Of a DNA stretch of 64,000 bases, positions 8,136 to 18,805 are shown piece by piece. Source of the DNA: a virus; IMG/VR virus record IMGVR_UViG_2822571654_000002. One strand, given 5' to 3'. The notes beneath the pieces were generated by a model that saw nothing but the letters and a program-made list of their open reading frames with translations, did not search any database and was not told the DNA's origin. Position numbers and translations under genes: made by a program. Each line of letters opens with the position of its first letter. The first letter of the stretch is position 1.

Positions 8136-11100
8136 TCACCACTCCTGCCATCTACTTAGAATCCTTGCATACGCGGTGTGATTCGCGCTGTTAGATGCTA
8201 ATTTCAAATATATATACTTCATATTCCCTGTGGGTACGCCTAAATCAATCGTGACATTTATATAATAGTTGTCAGCAATCGTTTTGCTATGCGTGGTGTA
8301 CCACAAATCATTTCCCTCTACATCGGTTATCTTCACTTGTGCTGCGGAACCTGGATCTATTGCAAGTGACAACGCGAAAACTAAATATCTACCTGTATGC
8401 TTTAAAGTGAAATAATTACAATTCGTCCATACTGTGCTTCGTGTTGCGTACCATGTACCACTAATCCCCATTCCAACACCTACAAATGGAGGTTCATGAG
8501 AACTCACATTCATATCAAAGTTAGCCATCCCATTTACAATCAGTGCATATCCATCAGGTCTTTGAACCTGTAGTGCGCCTCTTTTGATATTGACACCACG
8601 TTTATCAATTACAACATTATCACCTTCGATTTTGATGATATTCGCATCGATTCCTTTTGCTGTTAACCACTGTACAATTGTATCTGCATTGATTTTCAAC
8701 TTTGCGACATCGATTTGTATTAACTCAGCTGATTGATTGATTTGTGAGATGATTTCACCTTTTTTTACTGTACTAAGGATATTCTTTTCAGTAATCTGAA
8801 CGCGACCTTCCATGTCTTTCACATAAGCATTTGTAGCAAATTTATCATTCGCTTGATTTTGTGTATAGACTTCTGTCTTTTTTGCTGCTAAATCGATACC
8901 TTGTTCATTGATAGTAAAACGATTATCAATTTGAGTCGCTTTCTGATTGAATTGTTGTGTAGCTACCTTATCAGCAATATCTTCAATCATTTTATCAACA
9001 TTAGTTTGATCTTTCGGATGTAACCAAAACTCTGTCGCTACTTTACCACGCTGTAGCATCGGAAGGGCAGCTCGTACACGTCCATTTCTTTGAACATAAT
9101 AACGCCATCTAACCCACTCTTCGTTAGCTGCAACCTTTGAAACCATCGTCATTCTTGCCCAATCACCTTGTTTAGCCCATTGGATTTCTACGCGCTGCGT
9201 TCTCATTCTAGTTCCTTTTGTAGCATTCCAGAACTCAATTTCCATCCACGCTTTTTGATCTAGTGAAGCTATATTGTCAGTAGCAAACCAACCTGTCGAA
9301 ATAAGATCTTCACCAGTTGTAACTGTTATAAATTCAGAAGCGGTGCCAGACCAGTGATCACTAGTCTTTCCAGAATAATCACTCCAAAAAGTTGCATAAC
9401 CTTTATATTTTGAGCTTAGCTGAACAGCAGTACCTTGATTAATTGACCAGTACTTGTTACCTAATTCAAGACCTGCGTTTCTGATCTCGTTGATAGACCC
9501 AATACCGCCAACATACTCCTCAACATCTTTCTTTTTCATTGTTAGACTCAGTGCTTCAGAATGTTGTTCTAACTTTGTAGTAGCTTGAGTTAATGTTTTC
9601 CCTTGTTGTACTTGGGTCTCTTGTAATTTCGAAACACTTTGAGTGATTCCGTTCGCTGTCTTCTCTACTTCCGTAACACGTTTATCAAATCTGCTTTGAT
9701 TATTTTCAACTTTTGTTACTGTTTCTTTGATTCCATTCACACTTTTTTCAATCTCGGTAGTTTTATTAGTTAGGATATTTGCTTGCGTTTCTACACTTGT
9801 TAACTTCTCGCTAATTTTCCCAGCTTGCTCTTTAATTTCAGTTGTTGTTTTCTTCAGATCATTTGCAGTTTGCTGCACATCAGATATTGTCTTTTTTGTG
9901 CCTTCCACATTCGATTCAACTGTATTTAATTTACTGTTGATATCACTATCTTTTTTAGTTAACGATTCAATAGATAATTTAAATCCGTTAGAATCCTGCT
10001 CAAACTTCGTTATCTTCTTATCAATCTCACCCTGTTTATTTTGCACATCAGAAATCTTACGACTAACACCTTGTAAGCTTTCCTTCACTTCATTGACTTG
10101 TCCCGTGGCTTGATTTTGCGCTTCCTGCACCTTTTGGTTTAGCTCTTGTTTTGTGGATTCAATATTTTTATCGACTTGCTCAAGTGTTTCTTTCTTAACG
10201 GATTCCACATCAGGAACAACAGGATCCCATTTACCATCCTTCCACAATTTCAGAATACCAGGCTTACCTTTGCTAATATCTTGCCAAAACGTTTTTCTAT
10301 CCTTTAAGTTTTCTGTTGGTGGATTTAAACCTTCGATAATATCAACGGTATTATTCTTCAAGTTTTCAGCCACTTGTTCAGCAATTTTCTTTGCTGCTTC
10401 CGATTCTTTTCGAATGACTTCTGTTTCTTTTACGTTTTCTTGAAGTTTCTTATCTAACAAATCTAGTAATTCTTTAGATGCTTTATTTGATAAGCTACCC
10501 ATGATTTGTGCGTATAACCTATCGATCAGGCTTCGTGTATCTTTAATTTCACGATAATTACCAAAGATATATTTATCCTTCGATGGATCAGTGTCACATT
10601 CATCAGCTGCTATTAATCTAGCTTCTAAGAAAAGTGGTGGACTAAATTCTGTATCTTTTATTCGTACCGTATCTCCTTTACGAACCGCTTCATGAGATAA
10701 ACCAAACACCTTTTCAATTGCTACAGCATCCACTTCATATAGAGTAGAACTATCAATTCGTTTCTTTAATTCTGCTTCGGTTAATTGTTTGAGTCGCTGC
10801 TTCGTCATATCTTGATCTTCTGTTTGAGGTGAATAAATATCAAATAAATGCTTACCATCTTTCGACCAGCGTTGTAATGCATCATTATTACCTACGTACA
10901 ACTTTCCACCATTAATATCTTCAAATGTTAGAAACTCTTCTTTCCCAGTATCAGGATTTTCTTTAGATGGCCCAACACCTACAAGAGCTGTTACTACATT
11001 TTGGCTATTCTCAATACGACGGATGCCTTGTACATCTTTTCCTAGCACGAATTCTTTCCCATTGTCACGGCCAATCTTTTTTATTAAATCTACATAACGA

Positions 11101-11633
11101 CCGACAATAAAAGAACCCAGTATTTCTGTTCTAAAACGAATCTCAAGTTCAAAAGTAGATGCGATTTGTTTTAAGAAATCAAGCGGGTTTGTGAAATCCT
11201 TAATATGAATAGTCCTTACACCACTGTACTCCGTAATCCCACGTTTCCATTCTGTACCTTGTAAAGCAAAGTCCATAGATTCGTTGACTGTAGTAGCTTG
11301 TAACGTTTGTGGTTTAATTACTGCCGCTTTCTTTAGCTTTGTATGTTCCCCGAGTGCGTGAATTTTTTTAGAACGATCTACTGCATCTTGGTCTGCTTCT
11401 GTAATAACATACGAAACAAAAGTGCCATCTCTGGTTTGTTTTACTATAATATTTTGCTGTACAAGAGACGCCGATATTTTTGTTCCGTCCATTGTATTGA
11501 ACTCTAATTGGTCTATATTATTTTTGAGCTCCCACTGGCGGATATCGTTCCAATAGTTTTTTTCTTGTATAACACCAATGATTTGCTCTGTTTTAAAGTC
11601 CACAATGTGTAGTAGATTATTTGTTTTATTCAT
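8136..11633 (-). CDS. Tail tip/minor structural protein (endopeptidase-like N-terminus, coiled coil, receptor-binding C-terminus)
   Basis: 1165 aa; prophage tail-type N-terminus (ITRLVGVG-like VVTALVGVG), long heptad region, position after Dit. Confidence 0.88.
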   Translation of the reverse strand: MNKTNNLLHIVDFKTEQIIGVIQEKNYWNDIRQWELKNNIDQLEFNTMDGTKISASLVQQNIIVKQTRDGTFVSYVITEADQDAVDRSKKIHALGEHTKLKKAAVIKPQTLQATTVNESMDFALQGTEWKRGITEYSGVRTIHIKDFTNPLDFLKQIASTFELEIRFRTEILGSFIVGRYVDLIKKIGRDNGKEFVLGKDVQGIRRIENSQNVVTALVGVGPSKENPDTGKEEFLTFEDINGGKLYVGNNDALQRWSKDGKHLFDIYSPQTEDQDMTKQRLKQLTEAELKKRIDSSTLYEVDAVAIEKVFGLSHEAVRKGDTVRIKDTEFSPPLFLEARLIAADECDTDPSKDKYIFGNYREIKDTRSLIDRLYAQIMGSLSNKASKELLDLLDKKLQENVKETEVIRKESEAAKKIAEQVAENLKNNTVDIIEGLNPPTENLKDRKTFWQDISKGKPGILKLWKDGKWDPVVPDVESVKKETLEQVDKNIESTKQELNQKVQEAQNQATGQVNEVKESLQGVSRKISDVQNKQGEIDKKITKFEQDSNGFKLSIESLTKKDSDINSKLNTVESNVEGTKKTISDVQQTANDLKKTTTEIKEQAGKISEKLTSVETQANILTNKTTEIEKSVNGIKETVTKVENNQSRFDKRVTEVEKTANGITQSVSKLQETQVQQGKTLTQATTKLEQHSEALSLTMKKKDVEEYVGGIGSINEIRNAGLELGNKYWSINQGTAVQLSSKYKGYATFWSDYSGKTSDHWSGTASEFITVTTGEDLISTGWFATDNIASLDQKAWMEIEFWNATKGTRMRTQRVEIQWAKQGDWARMTMVSKVAANEEWVRWRYYVQRNGRVRAALPMLQRGKVATEFWLHPKDQTNVDKMIEDIADKVATQQFNQKATQIDNRFTINEQGIDLAAKKTEVYTQNQANDKFATNAYVKDMEGRVQITEKNILSTVKKGEIISQINQSAELIQIDVAKLKINADTIVQWLTAKGIDANIIKIEGDNVVIDKRGVNIKRGALQVQRPDGYALIVNGMANFDMNVSSHEPPFVGVGMGISGTWYATRSTVWTNCNYFTLKHTGRYLVFALSLAIDPGSAAQVKITDVEGNDLWYTTHSKTIADNYYINVTIDLGVPTGNMKYIYLKLASNSANHTAYARILSRWQEW

Positions 11634-13108
11634 CGATAACGCTCCCTATACGTGACCTCTACTTGACCTATGTTATTTGGAAAAACAGTTAAATCATTTT
11701 TCCCTTTTTCAATACGTATATAGTCACTCAGAAAGTCTTTTATATTAATTGCATCCGCGCCGTTAATACGAATACTGGCATCCGATGAATCAATTTCTAC
11801 AACGTCTCCTTTTTGAACAATGTAGGGGATTTGACGTTCTGTATTGCTATTTACTCTTTGCACTTTAATATCGTGCACAGCTGCAGTCAGCGGAAACGCA
11901 TCGTTAAATGCACATATATGCACAACAATCTGCGCAACCTTTTTCATAAAGCTATTGCCCGTATCGTACCATTGGGCAAATTTTTCCGTATGATAATTTC
12001 CTTTTTCATCGATTAAAGCAATATCACCTTGCCAATAGTTCCCTACCCGCGCAATGTGTAGACGACCATAAAAATCATTCCATGTTGTACGATAATAACC
12101 CGTTTCCGCTATAATCCTATGATTGTAGTCACCGTTTCCTACTATGACTTCACCGAAATTCTCGCTAGAATTTCTATACGCATCAAACATACCTACTTTT
12201 CCGACTACAACGCTACTTTCGTCTAATAAATAAAGTTCTACACGTCCCATAGTTGCAGGATTTAAGTTTCGACATTCGACTATTGCATCAAGCGTGAAAT
12301 CTTGTAATGGACCTCCAGTGATACTTTTTTTCACTGCGGGTCCGTGCCAATATTGACCTTGACCGTAATCTGATGGCATAAAACGTGCGCCGTCTGCGAT
12401 CATTTTCCCTGCTACGATTCCGTAATCTGAAACAAAGTCTTTTCCTACTTCCGTCCAGCCCACTAAAGAATTCGCTTTATCATGCATAACCAATTCATAC
12501 CGGCTTATTGGTGTTTCATCTACCTTAACTGGATATCCAATACGGAAATGCTGATTTCCATTTTCATTTACAATATCGATAAATGTAGAAGGGTTCTCTA
12601 CTTGTATCTTAAATTTTGGATCAGCAAACTTTGATCCTACATTAGTCACTACGGCTTTAAGTAAATTATTACTTTCTATTTTCGCTTTTACAGATTGTTG
12701 TGCACCTAATTTAAATGCTGACGTACAAATAAAAGTTATCTTGCATTGGTAAAGTCTATCTGTTTCCAATAGTTCCTCCACAGACTCTTTCATACCGTAA
12801 TACGTCATTTCGGGCTCATCTGCAAATACAATCGGTACCTCTTCTTCTGTATCTAATATAGAATTCAATTCGTTTAGGCGTTTTCTTAAATCAAAAGAAG
12901 AGGCCCCTTTAAGTGTAACTTCTACTTCAAGGGGCACTTCTGGGTTTCTCTTTTTCACATAGCGGGATCCAGGCCGATTCTGGGTAGTAATCCTGCTTAT
13001 TTCATCACTCATCACACCGCGACCTTTTGGTATTCCTACCAAAAGATAACCGTCATTATCTTTATTTGTAAACTGATTTTCTAAATCGATACCATTAAAA
13101 ATAAGCAG
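11630..13108 (-). CDS. Distal tail (Dit) protein, probable CTG start at 13108
   Basis: Frame stays open upstream of track start 13042 to CTG after GGAGGGAG; gives LIFNGIDL..., the usual Dit N-terminus. Confidence 0.85.
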   Translation of the reverse strand: MLIFNGIDLENQFTNKDNDGYLLVGIPKGRGVMSDEISRITTQNRPGSRYVKKRNPEVPLEVEVTLKGASSFDLRKRLNELNSILDTEEEVPIVFADEPEMTYYGMKESVEELLETDRLYQCKITFICTSAFKLGAQQSVKAKIESNNLLKAVVTNVGSKFADPKFKIQVENPSTFIDIVNENGNQHFRIGYPVKVDETPISRYELVMHDKANSLVGWTEVGKDFVSDYGIVAGKMIADGARFMPSDYGQGQYWHGPAVKKSITGGPLQDFTLDAIVECRNLNPATMGRVELYLLDESSVVVGKVGMFDAYRNSSENFGEVIVGNGDYNHRIIAETGYYRTTWNDFYGRLHIARVGNYWQGDIALIDEKGNYHTEKFAQWYDTGNSFMKKVAQIVVHICAFNDAFPLTAAVHDIKVQRVNSNTERQIPYIVQKGDVVEIDSSDASIRINGADAINIKDFLSDYIRIEKGKNDLTVFPNNIGQVEVTYRERYR

Positions 13109-13123
13109 TTTACTCCCTCCTTC

Positions 13124-16100
13124 CTAGAACGCTTGTTTACGTTCTTTAACAGCCTCTTGCTGACTTGTAATATCATCAACAAATATTGAGAATTCTTGTT
13201 TGCCAAGTTGCACATTAATATAAGCCGGTTGTTTATTTATTGTTTGTATATCGGATTCACTTGTATTGCTTCCATTTTGATTTTTACTTACAGCATCTTG
13301 TCCAAAATTAGAAATTGCGGATATTCTTGAGGCATTTGCAGGTGTTTTGTATCCAGCAGAAACCATTGGAATTGAAGGACCTGATACAGCGCCCATTGAA
13401 ACATCACCAAGTGATATTCCTTCAGATAACGAATCGAATGCATCCTTCACTGTTACTGCCATATTTTTTGCGGCTATTAAAACCGGGTTCTCCATTTGGT
13501 TAATACCCCATATTAAACCTTCACCAACGTAATTACCGGTATCTCGCATTTCCCTAGAAGGGGACTTAACTTGTAACACTCTATTTACCGTACTAACAAT
13601 GCTACTTCCTAAACTCTTCGCAGCGTCTATTGCATCGCCGATCATCGAACCAATTCCACCTATTAATCCTTGAACAATATTTACCCCAGTTTCAAAGAGA
13701 TCAACATCTCCTAGAGATTCTAAAAGTTGTCCACCTATTTCGATCCCAGAACTAAATACCTCTCCAAGTAAACTTAGAACACCATCTATTAGAGCGCCAA
13801 TTAGATCTTTACCTGCAGAAAGTAGTTCTGGTAAGTGTTGAATAATTACTTTAAGCAGTTCAGCCATAAGTCTAATTGCAGCCGAAACCAATTGAGGTAG
13901 CACCTGAATAATCCCATCGATCAATTTCTTCAAAATTTGAACACCAGCATCTATAATCTGTGGTAGATTCTGGACAATTATTTCTGTGAATTTATTGATT
14001 ATTTTTATAACTGCATCAACAATTTGTGGGAGAACTTGAATGATACCTTCAATAAGCTTGGTTAAAATCTGTATCCCTGATTCAATAATTTGCGGTAAAT
14101 TTTGAATGATAGCATCTGTTAATTGTGTGATAATTTGCAGCGCTGCATCTATGAGTTGCGGGAAAATCTGAATGATACCTTCTATTAATGAATTGAGAAT
14201 TTTAATGCCAGCATCAATAATTAGTGGCAAATTCTCAACAATAGCATTCATCAAAGTTGCTATGATTTGAATTGCCGCATCGATTAATTGTGGTAAGATC
14301 TGAATAATCCCATTAACTAGCGCCATTAAAATTTGAATCCCTGCATCAATTAATTGTGGAATCAACGGAATAATAGCTTGTACTAAAGTTGTAATAATTT
14401 GAATTGCAGCGTCTATAATTAAAGGTAATACTTGTGTAATCCCTTGGACTAACGCGTTAATAATTTGAATCGCAACCTCAATAATCTGAGGTAATGCTTG
14501 TACAATTGCATTAACTAGTGTTTGTATCAAGGAGATACCAATTGTTATAACCTGCGGTAACAGCGTTGTGATACCTGTTATAAAGGTTGTAATGATTTGT
14601 AAAACGGCTGCTACGATTTGTGGTAGTGCTTGTGTGATACCTTGTACTATTCCAGTGATTATTTTAATTCCTTGTTCTAGAAAAACAGGTAATTGAGTCG
14701 TTACGAAATTCGTTAATCCAGAAACCAAGTTGTTTAGGATTTCTCCGAACTTAGTAACCATTTGAGCGCCACCAACACCAGTTGCTTCTGTCATTCTTGC
14801 GAACATAGTGCCAATTCCAATGACTAGCCCAGGTACACCGCCAATAATTACGGCAAGTAATGAAGGAAAAATTGTTTTGAACAATTCAGTCAGTCCAGAA
14901 AAATCACCATGGAAAGCCTGTACAATAGCTTCTTTCATTATTCTAAATGCTTCTTCAATTTTACCTAAAAATTTATTGATTCCTTGTATAACCTCATCGT
15001 TCATTCCGATAGAACTAAGCATTTTTTCGCCATTTATTTGACTTCCGAATACCAACTGGAATAAGCCTTTGATCGCTGTTACAGTATTATCAACGGCTTT
15101 TCTAAACGGCTCTATGTTTTTATATGCATACGTAAACCCTACTGCCAATCCAGCAATTGCAGCAGCTACAGCCCAAGCTACAGGGCTGACGACCATTAAC
15201 CCTAAAGCCAATGGTTTCACCATTTGCCAAACTAAGAATAAGGCTGCTCTATATCCTTTTAGAAGTCCAATACCGACTGCTAAGGGAGCAAGAATCAATG
15301 TTAATGCTGGAACTAACATCATAGTTCCCTGAATGAATTTAGCTAGAACCGGGTGTGCTTCATTAAATTTAATTATCAATTCTGCTATCGCGGTTACGAA
15401 TTTATAAATAGGTATCATAACCGCTGCGAAAGCTTCTTTCATCGGATTAAAGGCTTTAGATAGCTTTTCTAACATTTTTGTATATGCTTCAGCATATTTT
15501 GGATTCATTTCCATGTTAGCCTTGTGTAATGCGCCATACAATAAGACTGAAGAAATCGCAGCAGCGAGCGCAACCATTTGCATTCGCATTAATCCCGTAT
15601 TTATTACTCGTATTTGATCGTTTAATTCTTTCATTGACGCATTCGGACCAACAAATTCTAATGCTAATTGTGCCGCACTACCCCTATTCGCCATTCTTTC
15701 GATAGCCTCTCCTACAGCTAACGCCCCATGTGACAAGCTGTATAATGGGTTTCCCATTGTTCTTAGATTGTCTCTGAGCCTAGTTGCTGTAGGAGTCATA
15801 TTGTTCATGGTTGCAATTGTTTCTAAAATAGCAGCTTTCGCTTCAACATTATTGTTTATTAATGCATCATTGGCAGCTTTTTGCGCTTTACCAATCTCAT
15901 TAACTTGTGCAATTAAATCTTGAGCTGAACCAGTATAAGTATCCATGCTCATAGCAGTTTGCAAATATTGAAGTTCTGCTCGCTTTAATTGTTCTATATG
16001 TGGTTTCATAGCTTCTCTTTGTTGTCTGTTTATTTCACGTATTTCCCTACTTAATTCACTATTAGCATCACCCATATTTTCAATATTTCTTCGATACTCA

Positions 16101-16222
16101 CGAGATGTACGGTTTGTTGTTCTAACAAAATCATTTAACTGATTTTGCATAGCAGCCATTTCTCTTCGCATCTGATCTGTTTCAGCTCTAAACTGAACTA
16201 CTAATTCTTCTTGTGTCGCCAA
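13124..16222 (-). CDS. Tape measure protein
   Basis: 1032 aa with many 11/22-residue LPQ(I/L)IDA repeats; follows tail chaperones. Confidence 0.93.
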   Translation of the reverse strand: MATQEELVVQFRAETDQMRREMAAMQNQLNDFVRTTNRTSREYRRNIENMGDANSELSREIREINRQQREAMKPHIEQLKRAELQYLQTAMSMDTYTGSAQDLIAQVNEIGKAQKAANDALINNNVEAKAAILETIATMNNMTPTATRLRDNLRTMGNPLYSLSHGALAVGEAIERMANRGSAAQLALEFVGPNASMKELNDQIRVINTGLMRMQMVALAAAISSVLLYGALHKANMEMNPKYAEAYTKMLEKLSKAFNPMKEAFAAVMIPIYKFVTAIAELIIKFNEAHPVLAKFIQGTMMLVPALTLILAPLAVGIGLLKGYRAALFLVWQMVKPLALGLMVVSPVAWAVAAAIAGLAVGFTYAYKNIEPFRKAVDNTVTAIKGLFQLVFGSQINGEKMLSSIGMNDEVIQGINKFLGKIEEAFRIMKEAIVQAFHGDFSGLTELFKTIFPSLLAVIIGGVPGLVIGIGTMFARMTEATGVGGAQMVTKFGEILNNLVSGLTNFVTTQLPVFLEQGIKIITGIVQGITQALPQIVAAVLQIITTFITGITTLLPQVITIGISLIQTLVNAIVQALPQIIEVAIQIINALVQGITQVLPLIIDAAIQIITTLVQAIIPLIPQLIDAGIQILMALVNGIIQILPQLIDAAIQIIATLMNAIVENLPLIIDAGIKILNSLIEGIIQIFPQLIDAALQIITQLTDAIIQNLPQIIESGIQILTKLIEGIIQVLPQIVDAVIKIINKFTEIIVQNLPQIIDAGVQILKKLIDGIIQVLPQLVSAAIRLMAELLKVIIQHLPELLSAGKDLIGALIDGVLSLLGEVFSSGIEIGGQLLESLGDVDLFETGVNIVQGLIGGIGSMIGDAIDAAKSLGSSIVSTVNRVLQVKSPSREMRDTGNYVGEGLIWGINQMENPVLIAAKNMAVTVKDAFDSLSEGISLGDVSMGAVSGPSIPMVSAGYKTPANASRISAISNFGQDAVSKNQNGSNTSESDIQTINKQPAYINVQLGKQEFSIFVDDITSQQEAVKERKQAF

Positions 16223-16241
16223 AATCTCACCTACCTTTCAA

Positions 16242-16502
16242 TCAACCGAAGTTGAGATTTTTTAAAAATTGCATGTTTTCTTCTGCTTTCTTCGCAAGGT
16301 CCTCTATAGATTTTTTCTTTTGTTCATCAGTAACCATTTTCGTTCTATCGAATAAATCCTTAGGTTTCATCGTTTTCTTCGGATTACTGTGATAAACAGA
16401 CCGCATCATGAGAGCGAATATACTGTAGGTTTGCAATTCATCTAGATATTGTTCATTTCTCCCCGTCATCATGTTTTGAAACTCACGAGGAGAAAGGTTC
16501 AT
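16242..16502 (-). CDS. Tail assembly chaperone C-terminal ORF (GT-like)
   Basis: MNLSPREF motif; frame open upstream into the -1 frame of the 16556..16987 gene. Confidence 0.75.
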   Translation of the reverse strand: MNLSPREFQNMMTGRNEQYLDELQTYSIFALMMRSVYHSNPKKTMKPKDLFDRTKMVTDEQKKKSIEDLAKKAEENMQFLKNLNFG

Positions 16503-16555
16503 TACTTCACTTGGTAATAAACCTAAGTATCTAAATCCATCTTGCTGTACCTTAT

Positions 16556-16987
16556 CTAGTTCTTCTCTAGTAAAGTCGGTTGTTCTTCGTCCGTCCCGTA
16601 CATCTCGTCCGCCATCTCTTTCAGTTCCGGATTCTTTGCTACCAATTGTTTCTTCATTCGTGTTTTTAATTTTTTCGTTGTCGCTTTGTAGAAAAAATTA
16701 TCTGCTACTACTTCGTTAAGAACTTCATCAATGAACTCTTGCGAGATTTTCTCTGCTTCGAATTGCTTTTCAATTTCAGTAACAACTTGCTCTCTAGTGA
16801 TTCCTTCACCTGTATGCATTAATCCAAAGTAAATAGCGTCTTCAAACATATCTAAATCACCTTGTAAACAAGCTCCAATAACTTCTTGTGCGCCACCTTT
16901 ATATTTCTTGTTTAGCTCAGCAATTGTTTTATAAGTAAGTTTTAATTCGTGTTCTTTCCCTTTAATTTCAAAACGCATATATATCAA
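16556..16987 (-). CDS. Tail assembly chaperone (G-like)
   Basis: FEIKGKEHELKLTY N-terminus; position between major tail protein and TMP. Confidence 0.82.
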   Translation of the reverse strand: MIYMRFEIKGKEHELKLTYKTIAELNKKYKGGAQEVIGACLQGDLDMFEDAIYFGLMHTGEGITREQVVTEIEKQFEAEKISQEFIDEVLNEVVADNFFYKATTKKLKTRMKKQLVAKNPELKEMADEMYGTDEEQPTLLEKN

Positions 16988-17044
16988 TCTCCTTTTGATT
17001 GGATGTTATTTTTAAATTTAAAAAGAAGCGGTAAAAACCGCCCG

Positions 17045-17524
17045 TTATTCTCCTGCACCTTTAGGAATTTCAGTCAATGTTTCTGTACGTGTTGTACCAG
17101 AAAGCTTTGTCTCTACTGAATAAGAAACAAATTCACCAGTAGAAGATGATCTCTCAAAAGAAGTCAGCATGTAATTGCCAATTTCAGCTTCTTTTGTACG
17201 CTTATTAATTTCATAAATCTCGATGTACTCTTTGTTTCGAATAGCAGCTTTTGCAGCCGGGTAGAACACGTCTCCCTCTGATAACGTACAACCAAATGAA
17301 CGAGTCTCAGATACTTTACCATAGTCATTAATCGTTCTATCTTTCGACTCTGCTTCAATCTCATCTGCTTCAATACTATGAGATTCTTCGTTTTGATCAA
17401 ACGGACGAACTAATTTTTTTGCTGTTGGATTTGCTGGGTCCTTTATCATCGCAGCGATAATATATTCGTCACCACGATACATTTTATTTTTCACAGTAGA
17501 TGTTGTTTCAGTTGTGCCAGCCAT
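17045..17524 (-). CDS. Major tail protein (TP901-1-like)
   Basis: SIEADEIEAESKD motif; position. Confidence 0.8.
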   Translation of the reverse strand: MAGTTETTSTVKNKMYRGDEYIIAAMIKDPANPTAKKLVRPFDQNEESHSIEADEIEAESKDRTINDYGKVSETRSFGCTLSEGDVFYPAAKAAIRNKEYIEIYEINKRTKEAEIGNYMLTSFERSSSTGEFVSYSVETKLSGTTRTETLTEIPKGAGE

Positions 17525-17537
17525 ACATTCACACTCC

Positions 17538-17939
17538 TTAATTCAAGTAAGTTTGTTGGTATTCAAAAATCATTGTTAATTGCGCTGAACCAACCTCAAC
17601 TGGGGCGGTAGTCACTCTTCTTAAATAGACGGTATCAGTCGATTCACTTCCGTCTTCATTACGAAGATTCACTGTGTAACCGCTACGTCTAATTAAGTTT
17701 GCAATCTCATCAGATAGACTCATAGCTTCCTCTGTCGTTGCATTAAAAAACCTCACTGTCATTGTGTACAGTAAGGTGAATGTATCCTTTGTATTTTTCA
17801 AATCATTCGTTGATAAGTGCTGGAAGTAAACTGAAGGCACTCTTATTTCTTCTGGTACCTGCTCATGATAAGCAAATGTACCTTGAGGCAGATTATCAAA
17901 GATGAAGGCTTTCATAGAACCATGTATTTGTGCATACAT
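17538..17939 (-). CDS. Tail terminator-like protein
   Basis: Size, PSVYF motif and position before major tail protein. Confidence 0.7.
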   Translation of the reverse strand: MYAQIHGSMKAFIFDNLPQGTFAYHEQVPEEIRVPSVYFQHLSTNDLKNTKDTFTLLYTMTVRFFNATTEEAMSLSDEIANLIRRSGYTVNLRNEDGSESTDTVYLRRVTTAPVEVGSAQLTMIFEYQQTYLN

Positions 17940-17942
17940 AAC

Positions 17943-18428
17943 CTAACCTCCATGTAACCATTGCCTAAATTTACGGTCAAATGCAGTTTGGAACATACGC
18001 TCATAGATAGCGATAGCATTATCCCAGTAAGGACGACCTTCTATAAATTTAGCAGTTAACATCATCCCATTCGGTGCATGTGGATCATATTCGAAATTAT
18101 GACCTTCCCATCTTCCAGGGACAAATCGTCTAACTTGTTGGTGGCCGTCATTTACAACCTTAGCATAAGAAACCGAAGTACCCACATCAAGTGTCAATCC
18201 ACCATTAGAAGAGCGCCATACGTTTTCTCCATCTCCTTTTGTAAATGAATTCAAAAGAAGCCTAGTGTCTACAACTGCTAGTGAAATGATTTGATTTTGA
18301 ACCTCTTCTAAAAACTGAAATCCACTAGCTTCAAGCCATAAAGCAACGTTCTGATCTAACCCGTTCGCCATACGATTCAACTTAGCACTGAATTCTCGGA
18401 ATCCTCTAGTCGTTATTTGGCTAACCAT
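17943..18428 (-). CDS. HK97 gp10-like tail-completion protein
   Basis: VDTRLLLNS...VGTSVSYAKVVNDGH motif. Confidence 0.85.
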   Translation of the reverse strand: MVSQITTRGFREFSAKLNRMANGLDQNVALWLEASGFQFLEEVQNQIISLAVVDTRLLLNSFTKGDGENVWRSSNGGLTLDVGTSVSYAKVVNDGHQQVRRFVPGRWEGHNFEYDPHAPNGMMLTAKFIEGRPYWDNAIAIYERMFQTAFDRKFRQWLHGG

Positions 18429-18805
18429 GGCTCACTCTTCCTTTCTGCAGTGGCCTTTATATGCGAAACCTCGCTAGTAAGTGGATGCACTACCGGAAAA
18501 GGATTGCGTATATAGTAAACGACATCAGTATTCTTCTTGATTACCTTGTCATTATGTTTTATATCTGTACCAGGCATAAATAGCACTCGTGTGTGCTGTT
18601 CATTTAGTTGATTTGGTGCAGATTGTATTGCAGTAGGTCTAGCACTTACTACATTCTCTGCAAAGTAACAACTTTGTTCTGCTATATCAGGATTTTCATT
18701 GTAATAATATACAGTTTCTCCTGGCTGACCAAACTTACCTGGCTGTTCTTTCTTCTGCAAATGGTAAACATCACATGCGTGAACCATCATTCCTTTTAGA
18801 GACAT
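18413..18805 (-). CDS. Head-tail joining protein (XkdH/YqbH-like)
   Basis: HACDVYHLQ N-terminus; position. Confidence 0.7.
   Translation of the reverse strand: MSLKGMMVHACDVYHLQKKEQPGKFGQPGETVYYYNENPDIAEQSCYFAENVVSARPTAIQSAPNQLNEQHTRVLFMPGTDIKHNDKVIKKNTDVVYYIRNPFPVVHPLTSEVSHIKATAERKSEPWLAK

Noticed and set aside
13700-14800. Dense 33/66-bp repeats in the tape measure gene
   Set aside because: Ordinary 11/22-residue TMP repeats.
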